Of a stretch of DNA of 64,000 nt, positions 23,099 to 37,400 are shown in pieces. Origin of the DNA: Paraspadella gotoi (lineage: Eukaryota; Animalia; Chaetognatha); NCBI GenBank assembly GCA_051294375.1, contig CM119264.1, positions 360,726 to 424,725 on the forward strand, read 5' to 3'. Every line of letters starts with the position of its first letter. The stretch's first letter is position 1. Made by a program: the position numbers and the translations under genes. The notes beneath the pieces were generated by a model. It did no database searches. It was not told the origin of the DNA and worked only from the letters and a program-made list of their open reading frames with translations.

Positions 23099-25205
23099 CG
23101 ACTGAGATGATAATAGAGAAATAAAGCAAAAAGAAAAGGCGTAAAAGCGAAAAAAGCAGAAAAAATCAACTATAAAAATAAAAAGGAAAAAAAGAAAGAA
23201 AGAAAACAGTAGAATCGTTTACCAACTATGTAGTTCTATTTTTATATAGTACTAGATTTCGTTTTTAAAAGGCACTCAAAACCCAGAATGTTTTTAACTC
23301 CTTCAACCACTAATTAAACAAGGTTGAGCAAACAATGCCGAATCTGTCCACGATCATAGGCAGTAAGAAATTAATTAATAAATTAAATAATTAATTAGTT
23401 AATATTAATTTTTTTTATTCGTTTCAAAATCGTTTTAAAGTTTGTCTCGCCTCTAAATCACAAAACTAAAATCTCGAGCACAAAATTAATTAATAAATTA
23501 AATAATTACAAATCAATTAATAATTTATTTGTTTGTGCCTCTGTAGTTTCGATCACGTTGGCTGATACTTTAGTTCTTATTAAATAACGTTCAGTTTTTG
23601 GAACAGGTTGGCGAGTTTATTTATACAACAAAACAATTGGCGACGAGGAACGGAGATAAAAATGTTGTTTCATAAAAACGAGTGTGAAATTAATTCTTTA
23701 ATTTCGAGATTAAAATAAAAAAACGTGAGAATAAAATCAATCAAAATAACCCCCACGGTGGTAAAAACGTTGAACGTTCTAGAGGCAACGACTTCTCTCT
23801 CTCTCTAAAACATTGCTAAAGTTAAAAATAAGACGGATACCAATTGTCCCCCTTTTTACCCTTTTCTTCCCGCGACTGAATCAGTTGTAAAACTTTTCCC
23901 TATTATTTGGGCCGTCTCAATCGCGATGTCGTCCGCCGGTGCGTCCGGACGTTGAACTTTCATTCCGCGCGGGAACGCACGCGTCGGCCGCCACGAGCGT
24001 CAAAACATTATTAATTACTAATTTATTAATAATTAATTAATACAGCTCGCATTTACATTTAATAAAAAAGAAAAAAAGCTTAATCAAATAGTGAAAATTT
24101 TTTTTTGCAATTTAACTCATTTCCACTTAAACGATTTCATCGAAACTTTATTTCCGGCTCAATCAACACACATTCCTACCTACATACGAAAATTTAATTC
24201 TAATCGATCCATGTAATTATAAATAAAAAAAGAAAAAAATTCAGGTAAATGTAGCTTATTTTTTCCATTTTAACTCATTTTCACCTAGACGATTCCTTCG
24301 AGACTTGATTTCCTGCTCAATCACACACTTTTCTTCCCATATACAAAATTTCAAGTCAATCGCCACCTACAATTATTACTTTAACCCCGATTTCAATTTT
24401 AATCCAATCCCTAACCTTAATTCCTAACCCTAATTCTTTACCCTAATCCCTAATCCTAATCTCTAACCTTAATCCTTATCCTTAATCCATAATCCTAATC
24501 CTTAATCATAATCACTAACCCTAATTCCTAACCTTAATCCCTAATCCTAAACGTAATCCCTAACCCTAATCCCTAACCTTAATCCCTAACCTTAATCTTA
24601 TCCTGAACCCTATAACCCTAAACCCTCATACCAAATTTTTAACCTTAAATCCTAATCCCTAATCCCTAACCCCTAATCACTTACCTAATCCCTATCATCA
24701 AATCACTAACCTACTCTCTATCCNNNNNNNNNNNNNNNNNNNNNNNNNCTTTACAATCAACTACCGTCTATATCTAATATCTTAACCCTAAACTCCGTTT
24801 TGTTATTTTTCGTTTATTCTGACACATTCAGTAATGTCATTGTCACTCGTCACTTGTCATAATATTATTGCCTCACTATTTGTCTGACTGTCACCTGTCA
24901 AAACTCATGTCCACTGTCAGTTACATGTAACTGTCACAATGACTGTACCGCCGGTCTTCCAACACGAATATCATTTTCCGCGTCACAAAGTTAATCTAAC
25001 GTCATTAATCAAAATCACGTAATTCGTGATTTTTCACCATATCATCCCAATCACCCTATAAACTGGTGAATGATTTACCAAACTAATTCCACCCTGTAAA
25101 AACCTGTTTCCGCAGTCTGTCGCAGATCACTGATTAGTGACTTGATCCAGAAAAATGCTTAACTCGATGCTCGCTGTTCGTCGCCAGCCGCGCCGCCGCC
25201 GCCCC
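22960..25205 (-). repeat. Composite repeat unit (HINE 3' end and core, telomere-like array, tgtcac array, GCC tract), copy A
   Basis: HINE 3' end in reverse at 23316-23355 and HINE core at 24060-24370. Collinear with 30760-33080 and 34160-36500. Confidence 0.8.
24406..24790. repeat. Degenerate telomere-like (CCCTAA/CCTAAT)n interstitial array
   Basis: Mixed ccctaa, cctaat and cttaat units. Same array at 32250-32620 and 35650-36020. Confidence 0.85.
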
Positions 25206-25229
25206 CCGTTGTATATATTAATGTACCAT

Positions 25230-28200
25230 GCGTCGGGGTTAGTATTGGTTTCATATTGCGGTTGTGCTGGTTTTCGTCAGGTATTAACTCATATGTCATT
25301 CACCATCCCATTCTAGTGCTTAGCTATTGAAAGGCGGAAGCTACCTGAAATTTTCATATTCTCGATCTTATACGATGCTTCGACTTTTTTGCTTACCTCA
25401 GTTCTAGTTTACGTTTGTTCCAAAAGACTCGCGTTCACTCGTAGATCATCTGAAGGGTCAGCAAGAGTACGGAAAAAACTCCGTCATCAATATTAATTAT
25501 ATTACTTTATCAGTTATTATAATTTTATTATTTTTTTTGACAATTGATTTCCCACCTAGTTAGTTAACACCCCTACTGTGATGGTTTGCACCTAATCAGC
25601 CATTTGAAAAAAACTTTTGTTCACACTTTTTGCCGCAAATTGCAAAATATTTCAGATTGTGGATGTGTGAGTAAATGGGAAAAGTGAGGAATATTTAGAA
25701 ATATTTGCAATTTTAAAGAATCTTAGGTCGTTTCTGAGAAAATAACGGCCTAAAAAAGGCATTTTGTGTTAAAGAACTATTCTCATTTAATTTAAAGTAG
25801 CTCCAAGATCCTATATATTTTTTTCTATGTACATTTATTCCGAGCGTATTTAAATTGTTTGTATATAATTATAAACACCTGTAATAAAATTTATTTTTTG
25901 CAATAACTATGACTTTTCAACTTAGAAATCCAGGATCCGGCTTCCATTATTGGTTTTCATCCGTAGACGATGTTCCAGGTTTTTGATTTTCCCAAACTTT
26001 TCTGTTTTGTTGTTTATGTCACCGTTTTCTAAACAGTAATTATAGTTTTGTGAAAATTTAGCAAGGCTTCATTAGAAACAAGTTTGGAGCAATATTGCGC
26101 ATTTATATTTAATTAAAAAGTCTAATCCAATGGAGAAAAAAAGTTTTTTTTTCATTAACTATTTATAAGATATATCGAATTAATTTCAACAACAACTTAC
26201 AAAAAAATACAAAACCCATACAATTCAATTAACTGTCCAAATCATAGGGTATAAAACACAAACGTCGATGAATCATTTTGACATTATCAGAGATTCCCGG
26301 ATGCTGACATAATTAGTAATTGCATGCAATACTCTAAATCAGATCTTAGTCATTGAGACAATCACTTGGCCTCTTAGTACACTAGCTTACACTATCGCCT
26401 GTTCTCAATATCGTCTACTGTCTCCCCTACATCCTCTCTACTCATCGTCACACGACACTCTTCACTCGTACTCATCTCCGTCTCTTACTCCATCTGCTTC
26501 TGGCGCCACTCCTGTCTTTCCACATCTGGATTCACCCGCGCGTTCGGGCTCACGTCTCATCTAACTCACCGTCTCCTTTGAGTTTGGGATGGAGTCTCTC
26601 TCTGGCTACCTCCTCGGCCGCCTAGCACAGCGTTGCTGCTGCATATTTGTTCAGACCGTCCATGTCAATCGGTCTCGGTTATGAAAAATTACCCCTCCTC
26701 TTCTATCCCAGACCTCTGACAGCCTTCCAATCTACTCTCGGAAACCCCTTGCTTCCTCCTCATCTCATCAGCTTATACCTTCTATCTTCCAAGGAGTTAT
26801 GTTTTTCCCACAGCTACCCAGAATTCATTGCTAAACCTCGAGAGGTAATTAAAATGAAATAAGTTAACTTATTTCGATTTAGGCTTTTAGAGATCATTTT
26901 CCTTCCTAATTGATGGAGCCTTGTATTACCCAATAAAACGCGATCCGTCGCAACGAGAGACGGAAGCGCCAAGAGTGTCTTAGTAATACTCTCTCTCGAT
27001 CAATTGTATTTTCTATGTCGGCCTATAGAGCTCTCGGAGATGTGGCATCGATGCGACTGCCGAACTGTATTTGACCATTTGCCACGTTTTGAATCTCGCA
27101 GGTTGGCCTAGATTCCTCCAGAGGTGGAACGAATACCCATCAGCCTCAAACTGAGGACCATTAAGGGATATACCCAGGGAATATAAGGTTTCTACCCTAA
27201 ATTTAAGCTGGCACGTGCACGGCCATCTCCACCAACAGCAGCCTTTGGGAGGATGAGACTTTGGCCCTTACCAAATCATCTCTCACAGCTAACTGGCGCG
27301 CCTGGTTTCTCAGCGCCCGCCACCCACTCCCGATGTTTTGAGACCCGTTTTGCAATGGACAGTCCCTTTTAGAGCGCGCTTAAAGTTGTGGATAAAGGAG
27401 ATAAACTGAAATCAGACTACTGATTAAGGCGCCTCATCCATCAATATTACCGCGTTTCTTGTAATCATACGTAGACGCAGACGGTTGAAGATATCAAATT
27501 GTTTCTCAACTTTCCTTTTTTCAATAGATTAATTTACAACTCTTTTCGACGATCGATCCCCATTTCTAGTTTATGTTGAATATTCTGAATAATATACGGA
27601 GCTTGAATCTCTCCTATTATTCAGCGCCAAGCTGTTGCGCCTCTGTGTTTAAGGCTAATCCGGTGGCAACCGTTTTTGCTACCAATTTACGTTCGCTAGA
27701 GGCGCGTTTCTAACCAATCTCGATATTGCCAGACTTCGCTCCAAAGATCCAGAGTATTACCTATTTTTAGAGACGAAGGAGATGCCTGTCGAGTGAGGAG
27801 AATTAAAGTATATTACTTTTTTGTCGTGCCGAGCTGTCAGAGAAATGCATATTTTTGTTGTGTTCCGACTTACTCGTTATAGCCAAATACTATTCCTCCA
27901 CATTCCCATTTTCCTAGAGTTGCGTAATATTCTTGTTTATCCTCAGAGATCGGATTTTTCCATTCTCCAACTTCTCCTGGGGGCCACCGGCATTGCTGAG
28001 ATTGGAACGGAGTAGCTATGCATGGTTAAAGAATTTCGTCTTTTTTAACTAAATATCTTCAGGCAGTCTTTTAGTACTCTTGGGTCGGTCTACTGGTTTG
28101 CGTTTAGTTTAATTTTGATATTTTAAAGCCCCTTAATGAGATTGGTGCGTTTGTCATGTCCATGCTACTTCCCTACCACCTTCATGCAGGCGGTGCATTT

Positions 28201-29880
28201 TCTGCTATTGCTTTCTCCTAATGAGAGCTAACTAGTACAGTTGCCATTATGTGAATATAACCAAGATATTCTCTCGGTTTCTTCGTCAATTAATATATTA
28301 TTTTTCTGTTGTGCGATGTGATATTATATATTTGTGTGATTCGCGTTTCATATTTAATAGTTTATTATTCTTTTTAAATTGAGCACATAACCTCCACCTT
28401 TCTCTTTCAACAATTTCTCACTTACACTTTGTATAAATTTAATTCTACTTCAAAGATAAAATACAATATGTTTAAATTAAAAAATTTACACAAACAATAC
28501 GCTTAGTCGTATCTCTATAAGTGCTCGCTAGATATAGATATATATTTTATTTTTTTTTTTTATTTCATTTCACTATTTATTATATATTTGAAACTCATAT
28601 ACAACGTAGATAGGCGCTCAGTATAATGATCATGCTCGATGATAATAAATGTGTCTCTCTAAACGTAAGTATAATTGTATTTGGACTCTGAAATATCGTA
28701 AATGTGATAAGCACGGCTCAACTCTCATTTTTTCGGCAGTCATATAAGATTATAATAAGTTTTTATTGATTAAACATTGTGTTCTCTAAATAAGAGGTGA
28801 CCACCTCGCAACAAGAGCAGGCGAAAATGCAAATATTACATCTACTCATTCATTTTTAAATATCCACAGAACTCTTAGTTTACTAAGAGATTGATCGGTG
28901 AACTAAGAAAAATTATTAGTGATAATCTTACATCTACATAATGCGAGCCCTAATTAACAGAAGGTGGGAAGTGGATAGGATTAAAAAAACATTTACCGCC
29001 AAACCCAGATTTTCCATGATATTCCGCGGCCATTGGTGCCTCGGTAGGTGTCTTATAAGTCATCGTGTCCTCTACAACCCAAAAAGTCGCCAGTTGGGTT
29101 TTCTTATGTTGGGGCCCCCCTACTTTTGTTGTTGTGGTCGCCTGGCAGTTGATAGAGAGGGACGGGGCCGCTTTACCCGCCGACACTGGTTATAAAAGCC
29201 AATAGTTAATATCTTTTTGTTTTAACTATCCAACTCACGACCGAAGCATATTACTTGATTCCTCGAATATAGGAAGCTCAGCGCGAACTGCTAATTTATA
29301 AGATTGAACGGTATCTGCTCCAACGTTATACATACCTGGCATATACAATTATATTATGTCTCGTTCAAGAAGTCTAATCAATCTCCAAGAAACTCAAATC
29401 TATTGCTTATCTTTGTTACCCAATTTTAATAGAATGAAGGTCTTGCGTTTCGATGAGAGACACTAGAACTACCATCCCGCCCACCCACAGATCGGCCACC
29501 GCAACTATTCGCACTGCGGCTGCTTAAAGCCTTTCTCTGGGTCTGGCCCGCCGTGAGTCCCAGGATCCGGGAAAAACCGCCCAAGAGGGAAATCCTTATC
29601 TCCCGCATTGTCGTGCTCGTCGACTTTCTTCTCTGGGCGCCAAATCGTACGACATTAACGCCCCCAAACCCGGTTTGGAAGAACCGAACCGGGTGCTGAG
29701 GGAGGAGCAGCGTCTATCGACGACCGAGTCCGGCAGAGATGGTTATACTTGTGTACTAGTAAAGCTGATGGGCTGTGAGGTAACAAGACCGAAGAAAAGA
29801 CTGGTAATGTCCAATATGAGAAAGAGGATGAGAGCGGAAAAGTGGACAATAAGTAGTAAGTGAATGATATAGGGGTTTTT
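25230..29880 (+). repeat. Very noisy direct copy of 39055-42430, including the second ankyrin exon
   Basis: 25230-26160 matches 39055-39990, 27160-27560 matches 40850-41100, and 28850-29860 matches 41655-42390 (e.g. gacattaacgcccccaa, ccggtttggaa). Confidence 0.75.
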
Positions 29881-30399
29881 CGGGTTTTACGTCTGTCCCG
29901 TCCCCGTATTTTTTTTTTATTTTTTTTTATCTCGCGTTGCGAACGAGCGACGCTTGTCAACTACATTTTTGTCTTAAAGACGAGACGGAACGATCCTAGC
30001 GTTTTAGCTTTATATAGCCACGGTTTTTTTTGTTTGATATTACAATTAATAAAATTGAAAACCTTTAACGGTTATAACACTATATTTACTACACATCTTG
30101 TGATAGCCGATCGCGCGAAGAATCCCTTCTTCACGGGAGAACTGAAAAGCGTTTTTACAGCGAAACAGATGAAGCACAAAACACAAAATTTCTGAGCCGA
30201 TTTTCTTTCGATTTTTATGAAAAAAAACAACGAAAAAATATTTTTTTAAAAAACATAACTAAACACAAACGAATTAAAAATAAACATGGCGCCGTTTCAA
30301 ACGGTTCTAAAGATACGTAGCTTTTTTTTTTGCGCAGCATACGATAGTATTTATTTAATTCTAGTCCTATCACATTCGATGTGTCTGCACCATATGAGA

Positions 30400-30729
30400 C
30401 AACTGGCTGGAAGTGCGAGAGAGAGAGAGAGAGAGAGTGGGGAGAGCAATTCTGCCCTCTCAGGCGCCATCTCATGGCAATTATGCTATCCTAGGTGCCA
30501 TCTCAATTGCCATCCGAGGTGCCATCTTATGAAAATTATGCCATCTCAGATGCCATCTCCATCGCCATCGTAGCATCCATCTCATGGCAATTATGCCATC
30601 TCAGATGCCATCTCAATTGCCATCTCCTCTGCCATTCATCGTTTTCTTATCTCAATCGATTCGACGCCACAAGCAAAGAGGCGATAACTCGGCACCTGTC
30701 CTCCGGCACCTGCTCGTTTGCGACCTGTC

Positions 30730-30766
<37 letters not shown>

Positions 30767-33698
30767 CTCTCTCTTTCTCCCTTCTCTCCTTCTATGATGG
30801 ATGAAAAAAGCTGGTAAAACTGCAAATCGTTTGCTTCACCACGGAAGAGAAGAGAGAGAAAGAAAAGAGAAAGAGAGAGAGAGAGAGCGGACTGAGCATG
30901 ATAAGAGAAGATAAAGCAAAAAGAAAAGGCGGTAAAAGCGAAAAAAGCAGAGTAAAAATCAACTATAAAAATAAAAAGGAAAAAAAGAAAGAAGAAAACA
31001 GTAGAATCGCTTTTACCAACTATGCTAGTTCTTTATTTTTACTTATAGTACTAGATTTTCGTTTTTAAAAGGCACTCAAAAACCCAGATGTTTTTAACTC
31101 GGTCAACCACTAATTAAACAAGGTTGAGCAAACAATGCCGAATCTGTCCACGATCATAGCTCCAATAAGAAATTAATTATAAATTAAATAAATTAATTAG
31201 TTAATATTATTTTTTTTTATTCGTTTCAAAATTCGTTTTTTAAAAGTTTGTCTCGCCTCTAAATCACAAAAACTTTAAAATCTCGAGCACAAAATTAATT
31301 AATAAATTTTAAATTAATACAATCAATTAATAATTTTATTGTTTGTGCCCTCTGTAGTTTCGATCACGTTGGCTGACCTTTTAGTTTCTCCCATATTAAA
31401 GTAACGTTTCAGTTTGGACACAGGTTTGGCGAGTTTATTTATCAAAAACAAAACAATTGGCGACGAGGGAACGGAGATAAAATGTTTGTTTTCATAAAAA
31501 ACGAGTGTGAAATTAATTCTTTTAATTTCGAGCATTAAAATTAAAAACGTGAGAATAAAATCAATCCAAAATAAACCCCAACGGTGGTTAAAAACGTGAA
31601 CGTTCTAGAGCGCAACGACTTCTCTCTTCTCTAAAACATTGCTAAAGTTTAAAAATAAGACGGATACTAATTGTGGCGCTTATTACCCTTTCCTTGCAGC
31701 GGACATTAGACAACTGAATCATTTGTAAAACTTTTCCCTATTTTTGGGCCGTCTCGATCGCGATGTCGTCCCGCCGGTGGCTCCACGGACGGTTTGACTT
31801 TCATTCCGCGCCCGGAACGCACGCGTTCGGCCGCCGCCCAACGAGCGGCACCATTACTAATTACAAATTATTAATAATTAAATATACAGCTCGCATTTAC
31901 ATTTAATAAAAAGAAAAAAGCTTAATCAAATAGTGAAAATTTTTTGCAATTTTAACTCATTCCAACTTAAACGATTTCATCGAAACTTTATCCGGCTTCA
32001 ATCACACACATTCCTTACCTACATACAAAATTTATTCTAATCGATCCATGTTAATATAAATAAAAAAAATGAAAAAAATTCAGAATTAAATGTAGCTTAT
32101 TTTTTCCATTTTAACTCATTTTCACCTAGACATTTCCTTCGAGACTTGATTTCCTGCCTCAATCACACACTTTTCTTCCCCACTATACAAAATTTTTTCA
32201 GTCAATCGCCACCTACAATTATTACTTTAACCCCGATTTGAATTTTAATCCAATCCCTAACCTGTAATTCCTAACCCTAATTCTCTTTCCCCCCTTACCC
32301 TAATCCCTAATCCTAATCCTAACCTTAATCCTTATCCTTAATCCAATAATCCTAATCCTAATCATAATCACTAAACCCTAATTCCTAACCTTTATCCCTA
32401 ATCCTAAACGTTAATCCCTAACCCTTAATCCCTAACCTTAAATCCCTAACCTAATCTTATCCTGAACCCTATAACCCTAAACCCCATACCAAATCTTTAA
32501 CCTTAAATCCTAATCCCTAATCCCTAACCCCTAATCACTTACCTAATCCCTATCATCAAATCAACTAACCTACTCTCTATCCTAAATCAATTAACCTCGT
32601 CTAATCTAATCGCTAACCCTAAAACTCCGTTTTTTGTCTATTTTTTTCTGTCTTTATTCTGACGACTGTCATAATTCATTGTCACTGTCACTGTCATAAT
32701 AGTCATTGTCCTGTCCACTGTCATTAATTGTCATGCACTGTCACTGTCAAAAATTGTCACTGTCACTGCTCACTGTAAGTTACAGTGTAACTGTCAACAA
32801 TTGAACTTGAAATACCGCGGCTTCCCAAACCGAATAATTCATTTTCACGCGCTCACAAAGTAATCTACGTCATTTAACTCAAAATCACGGTACATCGTGA
32901 TTTTTTTTCACCATTTCACCCACATCACCCTATAACTGGTGGAATGAATTTACCAAACATAATCACCACCTGTAAAACCTGTTCCGCAGTTTCGCAGATT
33001 CACTGATTACGTGAACTTTTGATCGAAGAAAATGTGACTCGATGTCGCTTCGTCGTCGCCAGCCGCCGCCGGCCGCCGCCGCCGCCGCCGCCAGCCGCCG
33101 CCGCCGCCCGCCGCGCCCCGCCCTCGCCGCCCCCCCCTCCGCCGCCGCCGCAGCCGCCAGCCGCCGACTTTCCGAAACCCAAATTGTTGCTTCGTAATCA
33201 AACCTTGTGATTAAATCGTCTTCAGGAATCTCACTTATTTTTTAAGGTCGGCAGTTGTTTTGTCGACCGATCGTCGGTCGATGGCGGATAGAGAGAGAGG
33301 GAAGAGAGAGAAAGGAGAGGGAGAGAGAGAGACAAGGGAGAGAGAGATGAAAGAAAGAAAGAAGAGAGAGAGAGAGAGAGAGAGTGGAAGAGCAATTCTG
33401 CCTCTTCAGGGCGCCATCTCATTGGCAATATGCTATCCCTAGGTGCCAATCTCAAATTGCCATCGAAGCGTGCATCTATTGAAAAATTATGCCATCTCAG
33501 ATTGCCATTTCTCCATCGCCATCGTAAGCATCCATCTCATGGCAAGTTATTGCCATCTCAGATTGCCATCTTCAATTTGCATCTCCTCTGCCATTCATCG
33601 TTTTCTTATCTCAATCGATTCGACGCCACAGCAAGAGGGGGGAGGCGCATAACTCCGGCACCCTGCCTCCGGCACCTGCCTCGTTTGCGACCTGTCAT

Positions 33699-33744
<46 letters not shown>

Positions 33745-36700
33745 CTTCTCTCTCTCTCTCTCTTTTCTTTAAAAACATAAAAATTAATCNNNNNNNNNNN
33801 NNNNNNNNNNNNNNATAAATTAACAAAGAATCAATAAAATCGCCTCAACTCGTGACATCCCCGACTTCTTTCCCTCGTTATTGACCGGGCGTCATATCGA
33901 CTTTTCATGAGGACGATGACGACGATGACAACGACGATGACGACGACAACGATGAAGAAGATGACGACGACGATGAAGACGACGACGATGAAGACGACGA
34001 TGATGATGAGGATGAAGAAGACGACAACGAGGAAGACGATGATGACGACAAATATGACAAGGATNNNNNNNNNNTTTATCTCTTCGTTGATAGAATCGCG
34101 TCGATATGTCGTTAGGAGAGGAAGAAGGGGAGGGAGAGAGAGGAGAGAGAGAGAGAGAGAGAGCACTCTCTCTTTCTCCCTTCTCTCCTTCTATGATGGA
34201 TGAAAAAAGCTGGTAAAACTGCAAATCGTTTGCTTCACCACGGAAGAGAAGAGAGAGAAAGAAAAGAGAAAGAGAGAGAGAGAGAGCGGACTGAGCATGA
34301 TAAGAGAAGATAAAGCAAAAAGAAAAGGCGGTAAAAGCGAAAAAAGCAGAGTAAAAATCAACTATAAAAATAAAAAGGAAAAAAAGAAAGAAGAAAACAG
34401 TAGAATCGCTTTTACCAACTATGCTAGTTCTTTATTTTTACTTATAGTACTAGATTTTCGTTTTTAAAAGGCACTCAAAAACCCAGATGTTTTTAACTCG
34501 GTCAACCACTAATTAAACAAGGTTGAGCAAACAATGCCGAATCTGTCCACGATCATAGCTCCAATAAGAAATTAATTATAAATTAAATAAATTAATTAGT
34601 TAATATTATTTTTTTTTATTCGTTTCAAAATTCGTTTTTTAAAAGTTTGTCTCGCCTCTAAATCACAAAAACTTTAAAATCTCGAGCACAAAATTAATTA
34701 ATAAATTTTAAATTAATACAATCAATTAATAATTTTATTGTTTGTGCCCTCTGTAGTTTCGATCACGTTGGCTGACCTTTTAGTTTCTCCCATATTAAAG
34801 TAACGTTTCAGTTTGGACACAGGTTTGGCGAGTTTATTTATCAAAAACAAAACAATTGGCGACGAGGGAACGGAGATAAAATGTTTGTTTTCATAAAAAA
34901 CGAGTGTGAAATTAATTCTTTTAATTTCGAGCATTAAAATTAAAAACGTGAGAATAAAATCAATCCAAAATAAACCCCAACGGTGGTTAAAAACGTGAAC
35001 GTTCTAGAGCGCAACGACTTCTCTCTTCTCTAAAACATTGCTAAAGTTTAAAAATAAGACGGATACTAATTGTGGCGCTTATTACCCTTTCCTTGCAGCG
35101 GACATTAGACAACTGAATCATTTGTAAAACTTTTCCCTATTTTTGGGCCGTCTCGATCGCGATGTCGTCCCGCCGGTGGCTCCACGGACGGTTTGACTTT
35201 CATTCCGCGCCCGGAACGCACGCGTTCGGCCGCCGCCCAACGAGCGGCACCATTACTAATTACAAATTATTAATAATTAAATATACAGCTCGCATTTACA
35301 TTTAATAAAAAGAAAAAAGCTTAATCAAATAGTGAAAATTTTTTGCAATTTTAACTCATTCCAACTTAAACGATTTCATCGAAACTTTATCCGGCTTCAA
35401 TCACACACATTCCTTACCTACATACAAAATTTATTCTAATCGATCCATGTTAATATAAATAAAAAAAATGAAAAAAATTCAGAATTAAATGTAGCTTATT
35501 TTTTCCATTTTAACTCATTTTCACCTAGACATTTCCTTCGAGACTTGATTTCCTGCCTCAATCACACACTTTTCTTCCCCACTATACAAAATTTTTTCAG
35601 TCAATCGCCACCTACAATTATTACTTTAACCCCGATTTGAATTTTAATCCAATCCCTAACCTGTAATTCCTAACCCTAATTCTCTTTCCCCCCTTACCCT
35701 AATCCCTAATCCTAATCCTAACCTTAATCCTTATCCTTAATCCAATAATCCTAATCCTAATCATAATCACTAAACCCTAATTCCTAACCTTTATCCCTAA
35801 TCCTAAACGTTAATCCCTAACCCTTAATCCCTAACCTTAAATCCCTAACCTAATCTTATCCTGAACCCTATAACCCTAAACCCCATACCAAATCTTTAAC
35901 CTTAAATCCTAATCCCTAATCCCTAACCCCTAATCACTTACCTAATCCCTATCATCAAATCAACTAACCTACTCTCTATCCTAAATCAATTAACCTCGTC
36001 TAATCTAATCGCTAACCCTAAAACTCCGTTTTTTGTCTATTTTTTTCTGTCTTTATTCTGACGACTGTCATAATTCATTGTCACTGTCACTGTCATAATA
36101 GTCACTTCGTGCCCTGTCCACTGTCATTAATTGTCATTGTCAGGCTTGGTCACTGTTCAAAAATTGTCACTGTGCACTCGTCACTGTAAGTTAAGTGTAA
36201 CCTGTCAACAATTGACTTGAGATACCAACAGCGGCTTCCGCAAACGTTAATAATGATCATTCTTCAGCGCGTCAGCAAAGTAATCTAGCGTCATTAATCT
36301 TACAAAATCATGCGGTAGCAGTCGTGAATTTTTTTCACGCATATTTCACCACATCACGGATACGCTATAGTACTGGTGAATGAATTTACCAAACATAATC
36401 ACACCTGTAAAACCTGTTCGCGGCAGTTTGCGCAGATTCACTGATTACGTGAACTTTTGATCCGAGAAAATTGTGACTCGATGTCGCTCCGTCGTCGCCA
36501 GCGCGCCGGCCGCCGGCCGCACGCCGGCCAGCCGCCGCCGGCCGCCACGCGGCGCCGCCCTCGGCCGGCCCCCCCTGGCCGCCGCCGCCGGCAGCCGCCA
36601 GCCGCCGCTTCCGAAACACAACACTTGTTGCTTGGCGTAATCAAACCTTGTGATTAAATCGTGCTTGCAGAGATCTCAGCTTATTTTTTAAGGTGGCATT

Positions 36701-37400
36701 TGTGTTCTTGTTGTTTGTCGACGGCGTCGGTCGGTCCGATGGTGAAGAGAGAGAGGAGAGAGAGAGAGAGGAAGGGAGAGGGAGACGAGAGAGAGCAGAA
36801 GGGAGAAGAGAGATGAAAGAAAGAAGAGAAGAGAGAGAGAGCAGAGAGAGAGCTGGGGAGAGGGCAATTACTGGCCTCTCTCTAGGGCGCATCTCATTGG
36901 CAATATGCTAGTCGCCTAGGTGCCATCTCAAATTGCGGGCATCAGCGATAGGTGATAAAAATTTATGGCCATCCAGAATGCCATTCTCCATCGCGCATCG
37001 TAGCATCTCATCTCATGGGCAAATTATTGCGCATCTCAGATTGGCCATCTCAATCTCGCATCGCGATACTCTGCCATTCATCTGCGTTTTCTTATCTCAA
37101 TCTGATTCAGACTGCGCACAAGGCAAGAGGGAGGCGCGATAACTCGGCACGGGACCTGCCTCCCGGCAGCCTGCTCGTCGTTGCGACCTGTGCATTTTCT
37201 CTCTTCTCTCTCTGCCTCTCTCTCTCTCGTCTCTCATCTCTTCCTTCTATCTCTCTGCTCTCCTCTCTCTGCTGTCTTGGTAAAAAACATAAAAATTAAT
37301 CATAAATTAACATACAGAATCTCAATTAAAATCGCGCTCAAACTCGTGACATCGGTTCCTCGCGGGCTGAGGTCTTTCCCTCGTTATGTATGAGGCCGGG
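30400..37400. repeat. Two tandem copies (period about 3.4 kb) of the composite unit, with tgccatctc repeats and GAC/GAT tracts
   Basis: 30780-32700 and 34180-36100 look identical at an offset of 3399. A 25-N gap lies between them at 33790. Confidence 0.85.

Noticed and set aside
24406-24790. True telomere or chromosome end
   Set aside because: The array is degenerate, short, internal and embedded in a repeated unit.
28850-29880. Independent ankyrin pseudogene or paralogue
   Set aside because: Differences from 41655-42390 are insertion-dominated in both intron and exon, as expected of an uncorrected long read, so it cannot be supported as a real locus.
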